Shown here piece by piece: positions 9,626-18,909 of a DNA stretch of 64,000 nucleotides. Source of the DNA: Abditibacterium sp. (lineage in GTDB: Bacteria > Armatimonadota > Abditibacteriia > Abditibacteriales > Abditibacteriaceae); contig CBDASK010000003.1 of the NCBI GenBank assembly GCA_965199495.1, forward strand, positions 4,640,001-4,704,000, written 5' to 3'. The notes beneath the pieces were generated by a model. It worked only from the letters and a program-made list of their open reading frames with translations, was not told the origin of the DNA and did no database searches. The position numbers and the translations under genes are program-made. The first letter of the stretch is position 1, and each line of letters opens with the position of its first letter.

Positions 9626-11368
9626 TTACCGCCGCAACTTTCCGCGAATTTTGCCCATCACTTGCCCGGCATATTTCATTTCCTCGACTTTAACCAGACT
9701 CGCGAAAACCGCGAACACGCCCAGCGCGCCCAGACCAGCCACGGTGACGCCCAACAACATTTTTATTTTGCCGTGCCCACCCGATGCTGGCAACAAAGCG
9801 CCCGTCAGAAAGCGCGCGAGCAACGCGGCGATGAGTGCGCCGACGATAATTTTCGCCAGAAATATCAAGTTTTCGCGGCCCTTGACTTCGCCCAAATGCG
9901 GGCGTAGCCAAATCCACATGATCACGCATTTAATGGATTTGGAAAGCGCCTCGGCTCCGGCAATCGCGGCCAAGCCCCAGCCCAAACCTTCGACGCCCCA
10001 CTTCGCCAAAATCACCCACAAAACTGACGAAACCAAACCGATAAGGGTCGGCGCCCACGCGCGCGTCATCGCGTAAAAGGTTTGGGTCAGCATCATTTCG
10101 CAGGCGAAACCGACTAAGCCAAGCGAGAATATCACGAACGGCGGCGTAATCAAAACCGTGTCGGCCTGCGACATGCGCCCACCTTCCCAGACCGCGCGCA
10201 TCAACGGTTCGCGGAGCGCGATCAAAATCGCCGTGATGGGCACAAAGGCAAAGAAACAGACGCGAAGCGCGCTCATTAAAGTGTCGGTGAGCGGTTGGCG
10301 GTCTTTTTCGCGCGCCAAATTCGCCAGAAACGGGAAGATACCGATGGAAAGCGCGTAAGGGAAAATCTGGATTAAATTGTCGGGAATCACGCGCGAAAAC
10401 TTGAGCGCCAGACGACTGGCCGCGATTTTAATCGAGGGATCGTCGGCCAGATGCAAGAGATAAAATCCACGAACTTCGGAAACCACGATGCCCAGAATAA
10501 GGGGCACGGCAAGCGCAAACATCGTTTTGACGAGCGGATCGTTGAAATTGACTTTGGGCCGCAAAAAGCGCCATTTGGGGCCGATGGCGAAAAGGTGCGG
10601 CACCAATTTGCCAACCGCGCCCACCAAAAACCCGCCGACGATGAGCCACACCGACTTCATCGAAAGCGCGAACAACTGTGCCTGTTGAACCGCGTCAGGC
10701 GCATCAATTTTGGCGAGAACTGTTACCTGCTTGCCATAAAGAAAATAGGCCGCGAAGGCGCCTGCGAACACGCAAAATTTCCACACGGCATCGCCCAGCG
10801 CCGCGTAAACGAAACGTTTGTAGCCGTTGAGAATGGTATACGTCAGCGACGAAAAGCCCAGAAAGAACAGCCCAAACATCAAAATGCGCGCGATTTGAAT
10901 CGTCAACGCGATTTGCTGGGCGCCCGCCTTTTGCGACAGCGAATGCACTAACTGCGGCATAAACGTCCAGCCCAACGCGCTGGCGACGAGCAACAGCGCC
11001 GACACCAGCCAGACCGCCGTCGAACAAAATTGCCACGCGCGCTCTTCGCCCTCTTCTTTGAGCGCCGCGATGAAGTTGGGCAAAAACGCTGGGTTGATGA
11101 CCTTCTCGAAGACCAACCAAAACCGCATCAAAATCTCGGTCGAGACTTGATAGACATCGCCCAGCCAACTCAGCCCGACGCTGTGCGCGATGAGCGGATT
11201 GGCGACGAAGCCGATGACAAAGCGCACGAAATGCAGCGCGCCAATGCCCGCCGTGGCTGAGGCGACCGTCGCACCTTTTTGAGTCGGTTGATTGAACGCC
11301 GGTTCTTCGTCGAGAAGCGGTTCGGTCGAGGGCGAGAGATTGGAATCGGGATTGGGAACGTAAGCCAC
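9626..11368 (-). CDS. murJ: Lipid II flippase MurJ/MviN family
   Basis: About 14 TM; INPAFLPNF, ILNGYKRF, IFPYALSIGIFPFLA, TQTFYAM..AWAP. Confidence 0.85.
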   Translation of the reverse strand: MAYVPNPDSNLSPSTEPLLDEEPAFNQPTQKGATVASATAGIGALHFVRFVIGFVANPLIAHSVGLSWLGDVYQVSTEILMRFWLVFEKVINPAFLPNFIAALKEEGEERAWQFCSTAVWLVSALLLVASALGWTFMPQLVHSLSQKAGAQQIALTIQIARILMFGLFFLGFSSLTYTILNGYKRFVYAALGDAVWKFCVFAGAFAAYFLYGKQVTVLAKIDAPDAVQQAQLFALSMKSVWLIVGGFLVGAVGKLVPHLFAIGPKWRFLRPKVNFNDPLVKTMFALAVPLILGIVVSEVRGFYLLHLADDPSIKIAASRLALKFSRVIPDNLIQIFPYALSIGIFPFLANLAREKDRQPLTDTLMSALRVCFFAFVPITAILIALREPLMRAVWEGGRMSQADTVLITPPFVIFSLGLVGFACEMMLTQTFYAMTRAWAPTLIGLVSSVLWVILAKWGVEGLGWGLAAIAGAEALSKSIKCVIMWIWLRPHLGEVKGRENLIFLAKIIVGALIAALLARFLTGALLPASGGHGKIKMLLGVTVAGLGALGVFAVFASLVKVEEMKYAGQVMGKIRGKLRR

Positions 11369-11502
11369 GCGGTTTTGCCTTTGAATAAGAGAGTATGCGC
11401 TGCTTGCGTAGCAAACGGCACCGCAATTGGAAGCGCGCGAGCGGTTAGAAGTTGCGCACGTTTGCAGTTGACGAATTCTGCCATTTAATCTATATTAATA
11501 AT

Positions 11503-12705
11503 ATGAGATTTCCAATTCGCCATTTTATGCCGTTGCTTGGTTGCGCATTTATCGGATTTAGCGCGGTAGGTTGTCGCAAGAACACAAACGAAATTGCGCG
11601 CGTTCAATCTACACCGCTTCCAAAAGCTACAGCCACTCCGATGTCAGATGAACATAAAACTACAGACCCTGATTGGAAAACGCAATATCCTGAAGCTGCT
11701 AACATGGACTGGCTGAACGAAGGTGTGTGGTTGAAGGGAGCAAGACCGTCTTATCATCCTCTCTCTTTTTCTCCCGATGGGCGCTGGATTGTAGGAGGGA
11801 CATCAAAAGCATTCTTATGGGATGCTCGCACGGGAGAAAATAAGGGCGCAATGGGGAAAGACTTTTACGATAAGCAGTTTATGAATTTCGAGGACGTTAG
11901 TTTCATATCAAACCGAGAAATCGCATTAATTCAAGAGCATGGAGTAACGGTTTTCGATCTAAAACTTTGGCCCGTCGCCTTGCCACCAAAACGTCCCTTC
12001 TACCTCTCTATTGGAAGTTGTGGCCCTACATCAAAGCAGGGAATATGGACTTACTCTTATGACATCTACGATCCGAATCTTGTCAAAAATCCATCAAAAG
12101 TAGAAGAACGCCTCCGATTTTGGGACTACAAAAATGCGAAATTTACTCGTATTTTGCCAGACTCTTTGCTTGCACCGGTATTTTCTCGAGATTATGGAAT
12201 CAATGCATCAGTCATCATCAAAGAGAACAAGAGTTGGCTGGCAGTGGAAAGGCGATGCTATGGGATCTTCGTTCTAAACCGGAATTATAAAAAGGTGTGG
12301 CAGGAAAGTGTAAGTTGCCCGCCTTTAGTTCCCATCATTACGAATAAAAAATTACCGATTCTTGCCGATTTTCAATTAGGCGCTAAGAACATCCTTTATC
12401 TGCTCGACTACAAGAGGGGATTGAGACAAGTCAATCTAAAAACCGGAAAGGAATACAAAGCGTGGCCTTTGCCCAATTCTGCGACCTCTTTCGCTGTAAG
12501 TAAAAATGGTAAATTGTGGGCATTCGGTAACGAAGGTGGGCGCTTGATGATAGTTGAGGCGACTACTCGTAAAATTATAAGAAACAGAGTCCTGCCATTT
12601 TCGACGGAAGACATCAATTTTTCGCCCGACGAAAAATCAATCGCGGTCGGCGGCTTGGTTATTTTGCCGGTTACTAATTTTGCGACGCCCACTCAATCAA
12701 AATAA
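11503..12705 (+). CDS. WD40-repeat lipoprotein
   Basis: Lipobox AVGC; SFSPDGRWIV, FLWDARTGE, NFSPDEKSIAVG; visibly AT-richer than neighbours. Confidence 0.8.
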   Translation: MRFPIRHFMPLLGCAFIGFSAVGCRKNTNEIARVQSTPLPKATATPMSDEHKTTDPDWKTQYPEAANMDWLNEGVWLKGARPSYHPLSFSPDGRWIVGGTSKAFLWDARTGENKGAMGKDFYDKQFMNFEDVSFISNREIALIQEHGVTVFDLKLWPVALPPKRPFYLSIGSCGPTSKQGIWTYSYDIYDPNLVKNPSKVEERLRFWDYKNAKFTRILPDSLLAPVFSRDYGINASVIIKENKSWLAVERRCYGIFVLNRNYKKVWQESVSCPPLVPIITNKKLPILADFQLGAKNILYLLDYKRGLRQVNLKTGKEYKAWPLPNSATSFAVSKNGKLWAFGNEGGRLMIVEATTRKIIRNRVLPFSTEDINFSPDEKSIAVGGLVILPVTNFATPTQSK

Positions 12706-12780
12706 GCCGTTTGCTTTTAGTTTGGACAACTTTAACGCTGGCGCCGTGGCTGCATAATACAGCCACGGCGCATAATAGAA

Positions 12781-12826
12781 AAAAGACGATAGCGAATTTG
12801 CTATCGTCGTTTTCGTTTTCGTTTTT
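12781..12826. terminator. Probable bidirectional intrinsic terminator
   Basis: GACGATAGC-gaattt-GCTATCGTC flanked by A and T tracts between convergent ORFs. Confidence 0.65.
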
Positions 12827-13103
12827 ATGTCAGGCGCAAAGCCGTCATTTCGCTTTTGTCGCTTTCGCCGCGAGTGCCCGCATTTCCCGCTCGCTGCGCT
12901 ATGCTGCACTGAACCGAGTGAACACACTCGCGCGTTTTTTGCCAGCCGAAGATGGCCCAGCTATACGGCCAGATGTCCCACGGGTTTTCGTTGTCTTCCA
13001 AGTCGGCGAAGCGCTCTTGCATGTCCTTCAGTTCGGCGTTGAGTTCGCGCATTTGGTCGCGCAAACTTTCCATTTCTGGGGTGGTGTGTTTGGTGTTATT
13101 CAT
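12825..13103 (-). CDS. Small hypothetical coiled-coil protein
   Basis: 92 aa from ATG 13103 (MNNTKHTTPEMESLRDQMRELNAELKDMQERF...); no recognisable family. Confidence 0.45.
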   Translation of the reverse strand: MNNTKHTTPEMESLRDQMRELNAELKDMQERFADLEDNENPWDIWPYSWAIFGWQKTRECVHSVQCSIAQRAGNAGTRGESDKSEMTALRLT

Positions 13104-13222
13104 GTTGATGTTCTCGCAAGTCGCGCCTCTTGTCGCTCTGGCGCACGTTACGGCTGTCAAAACTTTCAATTGGCGGGGCGATGTTCTCCGGGGAACAACT
13201 CGCCCTGCCCTATTTTTAGCGT

Positions 13223-13855
13223 TTAAAATACGCCGGAATAGCAATAGAGTCTGCCGCCTTCGGGCACGATGGCGGCTTTGCGGCGCACCAAACGCAGTTG
13301 GTGCAAGCGGGCGATGCGGTTGTTGCACGCCGTCACCGAATCGAGTTGTAGCGCCTCGACGACATCGCGCACGGTGGCTTGCCCTTGGTTCATCACGGCG
13401 CCCAGAGTCTCGACTAAATGTTCGGGCAGTTTGCCGATGACGCGCCATTTCACGGTGGATTGACCGCCCTGTTTGAGTTGCTCCTCGCGCGCTAAGGTGA
13501 GTTCGAGTTGCGGCAACTCCGATAACGGAACCGTGATCGCCGCCGCGTCGCGCTGCGATAGCGCCACTTCGACGTTTTCCAATAAAGCGATGGAAACCGG
13601 GTCGTCTTTCACGATGAGCACCAGATAGCGGTCGGGATACTCTTTGCCGCTCATGCGCGAAAAAATCGTGCCCAGAGCTTCGTCGGCAAACGAGTAATCC
13701 ATCATCTCGACGCCATCGAAATCAATCGCCAACACGCCGCCGGGCGGCAACGCCCGCAACGCCTCGTCAATGGATTCCTGAACCTCGCGACCCTTGGGAC
13801 GCATCGCCAGAAACGGCCCAAATTCGCCCAGTGATTTTTTGTGCATCTTTGCCAT
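13223..13855 (-). CDS. STAS-like (DUF4325-type) domain fused to C-terminal winged helix-turn-helix
   Basis: IDFDGVEMMDYSFADEALG (STAS-like); ATVRDVVEALQLDSVTACNNRIARLHQLRLVRR...GGRLYCY (wHTH); GAGG RBS before ATG 13855. Confidence 0.8.
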   Translation of the reverse strand: MAKMHKKSLGEFGPFLAMRPKGREVQESIDEALRALPPGGVLAIDFDGVEMMDYSFADEALGTIFSRMSGKEYPDRYLVLIVKDDPVSIALLENVEVALSQRDAAAITVPLSELPQLELTLAREEQLKQGGQSTVKWRVIGKLPEHLVETLGAVMNQGQATVRDVVEALQLDSVTACNNRIARLHQLRLVRRKAAIVPEGGRLYCYSGVF

Positions 13856-13946
13856 CGTTTTAATTCCTCGCTCTCTACTATAGAGCCATTTCAACGCGCT
13901 CGCGCTCCCACTTATTTCACTCTCGTCAATGAAACGACCTCTATTC

Positions 13947-13975
13947 ATTATAGAGCGAATGAGAAACGGCGTCAA
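13947..13975 (-). promoter_or_regulatory. Sigma70-type promoter of the STAS-wHTH gene
   Basis: Minus strand TTGACG-17 bp-TATAAT. Confidence 0.75.
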
Positions 13976-14044
13976 GAGAAATTTTAGGGTTATGGCTAAA
14001 ATTTTCGGTCGGGCGGCACCGCGTTTGCTTTTCGAGATTTTTCT

Positions 14045-14449
14045 ATGGCCCGACTCGAAGGTAAAACCCCCAACGTAGGCGCGATTGTAATCAGCGCGAT
14101 AATCTTCGCACTGGTCGCCGGTGGCTTGTTCTTCGCCTTCCGTCCAGTGCCCGAACCGACCGATGCGGGCATCACCAATTCGGTCGCGCCGGACGCGGAG
14201 CAAAATAGCGCGTCCTCTTCCGATTCGGCCAACGCGACCAACAGCGAGAACACCTTATCCACCATTTTGACTCCGCTTCCAACGGCCACCGAAATGCCAA
14301 CCTCCGATTCTAATTCGACAGTTAATTCGGTAGCAAATGCCACAGCCAACACAGCAGCCACAGCCAACTCAGCGCCAGCGTCTAACGCCATGCCAGAGAC
14401 GACCAATGCCACGCCGACAGGTTTGGTGACTCCGCCCAACCCGCGTTAA
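14045..14449 (+). CDS. Hypothetical single-TM protein with Ser/Thr/Ala/Asn-rich tail
   Basis: N-terminal TM, low-complexity C-terminus. Confidence 0.7.
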   Translation: MARLEGKTPNVGAIVISAIIFALVAGGLFFAFRPVPEPTDAGITNSVAPDAEQNSASSSDSANATNSENTLSTILTPLPTATEMPTSDSNSTVNSVANATANTAATANSAPASNAMPETTNATPTGLVTPPNPR

Positions 14450-14517
14450 GTCGGTGAGCAAATTGCAATAGACAAAACCACCGTTTTTCGATTCGGTTCT
14501 CATTTCAGGATAATCCC

Positions 14518-16317
14518 ATGCGCAAAGCTAAAAATTTAATTGGCCTTCAGGCCATCTCTCAAGACGAAGGCAAAGACCTTGGCAAAGTTCACGATTTACT
14601 TTTCACTTCCGATTCCCGCCAACTGCTCGGTTTGCTCGTCAGCGACCGCGACTTGTTCGGCTTCAAGGATGCCACCGCGATTCCGTGGTCGCAGGTTCGC
14701 GAAATTGGCACGCACGCCGTCATGGTGCCAACCCAAAGCTCGTTGATGAAAGTCCATTCCGAAGATACCATCGCCGAGGCTTACGATAACGAACTGACTT
14801 TAACTTCCAAGCAACTCACGACCGACAAAGGCGAAACGTTGGGCAAAATTTCCGATTTGTATTTGGATGATAACGGCGCTGTCGTCGGCTACGAAGTTTC
14901 GGGCGGACTTTTCTCCGACGCTTACGATGGCAGACGCTATTTGGACGCGCCATCTGATATTGTCGTCGGCAAAAACGTGATCTTGATGCCGCACCAAATT
15001 GTGGACGATTTAGATCGTCAGGCGCAGCAGCAACCCGGAGGTATTAAAGGCGCTTTCAGTTCGGCGGGCGAAACGCTGAGCGACAAATACGATTCGGCCA
15101 AAGAAACCGTCGCTGACACCTACGACAACATCGCGACGGCTTCGGTGGATAAACAGCGCGCCTACGTTATCGGCAAAACGGCGGGCACTGACGTAATCAT
15201 CCCTGCTGATAAAGCGACGATGACCGCGCCCGCCGCTCTGGCCGAAAGTCGCGTCGAGAGCGGCCAGAATCCCAACGCGCCAGCGGTGGGCGAGCTGGAA
15301 TTGGGCGATTTCGGTAACCGCGACTTGAATGCGGGCGGCATTGACATCGTGCCGGTGCGCGACAATTCGGAAGCGATTGTGCCCGTCGCCGATAGCAGCC
15401 ACGCCGACGCCATTGTGCCATCGAACCAAACGGCGCAAGCGTCCGAAACCATCACCGAACTGCAAAAAGCCACGCCTGCGATGGCAACAGACCTGAGTTC
15501 GAGCGGCGAAGTCGTGGACGGCGAAGTTTTGGTGCGCAAAGGCGAAACTATCACGGCGCAACACGCTGACCGTGCGATTAACGCGGGGATTTTGGCCAAA
15601 CTCGTTGCTTCGGCGACTGCCGGTCACGCGGCGGGCAGCGACGCCAACGCTCAAGCGCAGGGCGCGTTGGATACGGCGCAGAGCAAAACCGAAGGCGCGC
15701 TGAGCAACGCGCAACAAAGCGCCGAAGATGCGGCGATTGGCAAGCCATCGGCGTTCGAGATTGATGCGCCCGACGGTTCGGTTATTGTGGCGCCCGGCCA
15801 AATCGTCACGCGCGAGATTTTGGCGCGCGCCGATCAGCACGGCAAGAAAGCTCAGGTCATTTCGGCGGCGGGCGCAGGCGCGGTTTCGCAAAGCGCGCAG
15901 CACGCCTACGGCGAAGCCAAGGATGTGGCTGCTGACGTTTGGGACACGGTGAAAGAGAAAACCAAACAGCTCATCGGTTATACCAAAGAGAAGAAAGATG
16001 AATATGACGAGGCGTCGTTGGAGCGTAAAATCAAAGATGCCGTTGGCCGTCCCGTCACGCGCGTAATCTTGGCGCCCGACGACACGATTATCCTCAATAC
16101 GGGAGACATCATCACCAACAAAGCGATTCAGGAAGCGCAAGCAGTGGGTTACGTGGACATGATTTTGGATTCGGTCTACGACACCGAGCCGGAAATCACA
16201 CCCGAAATGATGCGCGCGCAGGGCGCGGGCGACGCGACGCTTGCCACGCAAGCCGAGCCAACCGGTGGGCCAATCACGGCGACGGTTGACAACAGCGATC
16301 AATCCGACGCGTCGTAA
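14518..16317 (+). CDS. PRC-barrel domain protein
   Basis: Two N-terminal PRC barrels (GKDLGKVHDLLF...IPWSQVREIG; GETLGKISDLYLD...GYEVSGGLFSD); acidic repeats follow. Confidence 0.85.
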   Translation: MRKAKNLIGLQAISQDEGKDLGKVHDLLFTSDSRQLLGLLVSDRDLFGFKDATAIPWSQVREIGTHAVMVPTQSSLMKVHSEDTIAEAYDNELTLTSKQLTTDKGETLGKISDLYLDDNGAVVGYEVSGGLFSDAYDGRRYLDAPSDIVVGKNVILMPHQIVDDLDRQAQQQPGGIKGAFSSAGETLSDKYDSAKETVADTYDNIATASVDKQRAYVIGKTAGTDVIIPADKATMTAPAALAESRVESGQNPNAPAVGELELGDFGNRDLNAGGIDIVPVRDNSEAIVPVADSSHADAIVPSNQTAQASETITELQKATPAMATDLSSSGEVVDGEVLVRKGETITAQHADRAINAGILAKLVASATAGHAAGSDANAQAQGALDTAQSKTEGALSNAQQSAEDAAIGKPSAFEIDAPDGSVIVAPGQIVTREILARADQHGKKAQVISAAGAGAVSQSAQHAYGEAKDVAADVWDTVKEKTKQLIGYTKEKKDEYDEASLERKIKDAVGRPVTRVILAPDDTIILNTGDIITNKAIQEAQAVGYVDMILDSVYDTEPEITPEMMRAQGAGDATLATQAEPTGGPITATVDNSDQSDAS

Positions 16318-16331
16318 AAGTTGGATGTAAT

Positions 16332-16366
16332 AAAAAGCCCGCGCTTATTCAAAGCGCGGGCTTTTT
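16332..16366. terminator. Bidirectional intrinsic terminator
   Basis: AAAAAGCCCGCGCTT-attca-AAGCGCGGGCTTTTT. Confidence 0.8.
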
Positions 16367-16720
16367 GGGTCTTGCGTCAAAATATCGCCCGCCTCGCATT
16401 GATTCAAAGCCGAAGCAATCACGCACGACATTGCCACCATTTGAAGCGGTAAAACGCTGCCGTTGAACGGCAAATTCGCGTCAATCTCCAGTATTTTTCG
16501 TCGTTAAAGGTGGCGTGAATGAGAACGCAACCATCGTCGAGTTGACTGATTATCACCAATTTTTCCGATTTATCAATATATTTGCGTAACGCGTAATATG
16601 CGGTAGAACATAACAGAGGATTGGCCTCAGTGAGCGCGATGAGAATCTCAGTCACCAAATTAAACGCGCAACGAATCGCCGGACAATAGTGCGCACTCGA
16701 AAAAACGAGTTTTCGAGCCG

Positions 16721-18868
16721 TTACTCGACTCTATCAAGTGAAACGTGTTCTTCAGCAATGAGCTTGCAAGCCCGCGCCGAATCCGCCGATTGGGGCGCCG
16801 TGGCTGCATTAGCCCTGTGGGCCTGTGCGAGATGCGCTTCGATTCCTATCCTGAAAGTCGAAATCCAATTCACCAAAGGAATCATCGCGTGCGGGATCAT
16901 TGGCTTTTTGCGTCTACTTTCTCTCGCGGAATCTACGCGAGCCAGCAGTTTCTCAACGCTGTCGCGTTCGCGCGCCTGGGCGCTCAGTTGAATATCATCA
17001 TAAATCAAAATCTTGCGTCCGTATTTAATCGTCGCGGTCAGTGGGCCACACGCACGCACTTGGTTCTGGCAACGCTCGAAGGTCGTTTCGCCGATTAACA
17101 AGCGCGTCTTGAACTGTTTGGTCTGGTTCTCGATGTGAGCAGCCACGTTGACGGCGTCGCCGATGACGGTGAAATCAGCGCGCTGCTGATCGCCCGTCGT
17201 GACGCCCAGTTCGCCGCACAACATCAGGCCAGTATTAACGCCGATTCCGATGTCGAAATCGGGCAAACCGCGCGCGCGCCAATTCTCGTCCTGCCAACGC
17301 TCGCGCAACAGGGCGAACTCGTCCTGCATCTCCAAAGCCGCGCGCACGGCCCGCAACGCGTGATCGTCGCAGGGCATTGGCAAGCCGAAAACTCCCATCA
17401 CCGCGTCGCCAACATATTTATCGAGCGTGCCGCCGTTACGCTTGACAACTTCGGTCATCGTCTGCAAATAGGCGTTGAGCAACGCCAAAGTCTCGTTTGG
17501 CGTCAGCACATCGAAAAGCCGCGTGAAGCCGCGAATATCGGCGAACAACACGGTCGCCTCGCGCTCTTCTCCCATCGCCAGTTGATCGGGATGACGCAAA
17601 ATCCACTCGGCGACCTGCGGGTCAACGTGGCGTTGCCAGTAAGATTTCACGCGATCTTTCTCGCGCTCTTCGGTCAGGGCGCGGTTGGCGAAAGTCATTA
17701 GTGCGGCCAAAACAAGCGTCAGAATCGGCGTCACCAAATGCACATCGAGTGCGTTCATAACGAAGAAGGCAACGTTTAAAGTGCCGAATACGAGCAGGCT
17801 CGCCACCAACGCGGGCGCGATACGACTCCAGCGCAAGCGCGCCACGATCCAACACGCCGCTCCCGCGCCCAACGCGATAAAAAACGCGTTGAGCCAGAAC
17901 GGAACATGAGACACCGGACGCATTCCTTTCTCGATGGCAGCCAGAACGGTCGCGATGGCGTGCGCCTGAATTTCCATACCCGACATTTGCTCAGCGATTG
18001 GCGTGTTACGAAAATCATTCCCCACGGTTGTCACATCACCAATAATCACAATTTTATTTTTAAAAAATGGCCGGTAAAACGGATCGTCGGCCACGCCTTG
18101 TAATACATCTTCGTAGGGCACAGATGGAAAAAAACCGTGATTATCCACGCTTTGACCGTCTTTCCAAAAGGTAATGCGAAACTCGTCGTTGATGTCGCTC
18201 GGAAGCGCCGAAAAATCGCGCATACCTGTGGCGATGGCGGCGCCCTGCAAACTTAGGGAGGGCAACAGGGAACCATCGGGCAATTTCTCGAAGGAACACA
18301 TGGTGTCCACGCGGCCTTGTGTGAGGTTTTGGTTGATGTGCCCGACGCGCGCGTTCGCCGATTTCAAAGTTGCACTCGGCCCAATCAGACGCGGCGGAGT
18401 TTGATTGTCGTAACTTTCGTAGAGCGCGCCCCACGCGACCTTGCCGGACTCGCGCACGGCGCGCGCGAACTGTGGGTCTTGCGGCTTGGCGGCGTCGAAC
18501 AAAAGATCGAAAACAATGGCGCGCGCACCGGCGCGCGTCAAGTCGCGCACCATGCGCGCGTGATTTAGGCGAGAAGCTGGCGGCCCAGCGATTCCACCCC
18601 CCTGGGGATTAAAGGTTTCATCCGACATCGGCACCAGCACGATCTGCTTTTTGGCCCAGGGCCGCACATCGCCAAAATAAAGCGAGTAGGCGCTGAACCG
18701 CTCGGCGAGAGCGACTTGCTCGGCCTTGACCAAATAAGGTTGCGAATCGAGGTAAAGCCCCAAAGCCGTCGCCGCGCCCCAGATAAAAAGCAGCGTAAAC
18801 CGCGTCGTCTGTTGGGACAACGCGGTTTGGATGCGACGAATAATGGGCATGGGCGCGGGAGAGTTCAT
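16721..18868 (-). CDS. CHASE2-domain class III adenylate cyclase
   Basis: CHASE2 (AGARAIVFDLLF, FKNKIVIIG, MSGMEIQAHAI), 3 TM, cyclase TVLFADIRGFT, DKYVGDAVM, FTVIGDAVN; start uncertain. Confidence 0.93.
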   Translation of the reverse strand: MNSPAPMPIIRRIQTALSQQTTRFTLLFIWGAATALGLYLDSQPYLVKAEQVALAERFSAYSLYFGDVRPWAKKQIVLVPMSDETFNPQGGGIAGPPASRLNHARMVRDLTRAGARAIVFDLLFDAAKPQDPQFARAVRESGKVAWGALYESYDNQTPPRLIGPSATLKSANARVGHINQNLTQGRVDTMCSFEKLPDGSLLPSLSLQGAAIATGMRDFSALPSDINDEFRITFWKDGQSVDNHGFFPSVPYEDVLQGVADDPFYRPFFKNKIVIIGDVTTVGNDFRNTPIAEQMSGMEIQAHAIATVLAAIEKGMRPVSHVPFWLNAFFIALGAGAACWIVARLRWSRIAPALVASLLVFGTLNVAFFVMNALDVHLVTPILTLVLAALMTFANRALTEEREKDRVKSYWQRHVDPQVAEWILRHPDQLAMGEEREATVLFADIRGFTRLFDVLTPNETLALLNAYLQTMTEVVKRNGGTLDKYVGDAVMGVFGLPMPCDDHALRAVRAALEMQDEFALLRERWQDENWRARGLPDFDIGIGVNTGLMLCGELGVTTGDQQRADFTVIGDAVNVAAHIENQTKQFKTRLLIGETTFERCQNQVRACGPLTATIKYGRKILIYDDIQLSAQARERDSVEKLLARVDSARESRRKKPMIPHAMIPLVNWISTFRIGIEAHLAQAHRANAATAPQSADSARACKLIAEEHVSLDRVE

Positions 18869-18909
18869 TCCTGCAATTGCATAAGTTCTATGCAAACTAA
18901 CGGCTCAAC

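Noticed and set aside
16419..16658. 79-aa ORF between the PRC-barrel and cyclase genes
   Set aside because: No clear start signal or recognisable motif; may be a remnant but cannot be supported.
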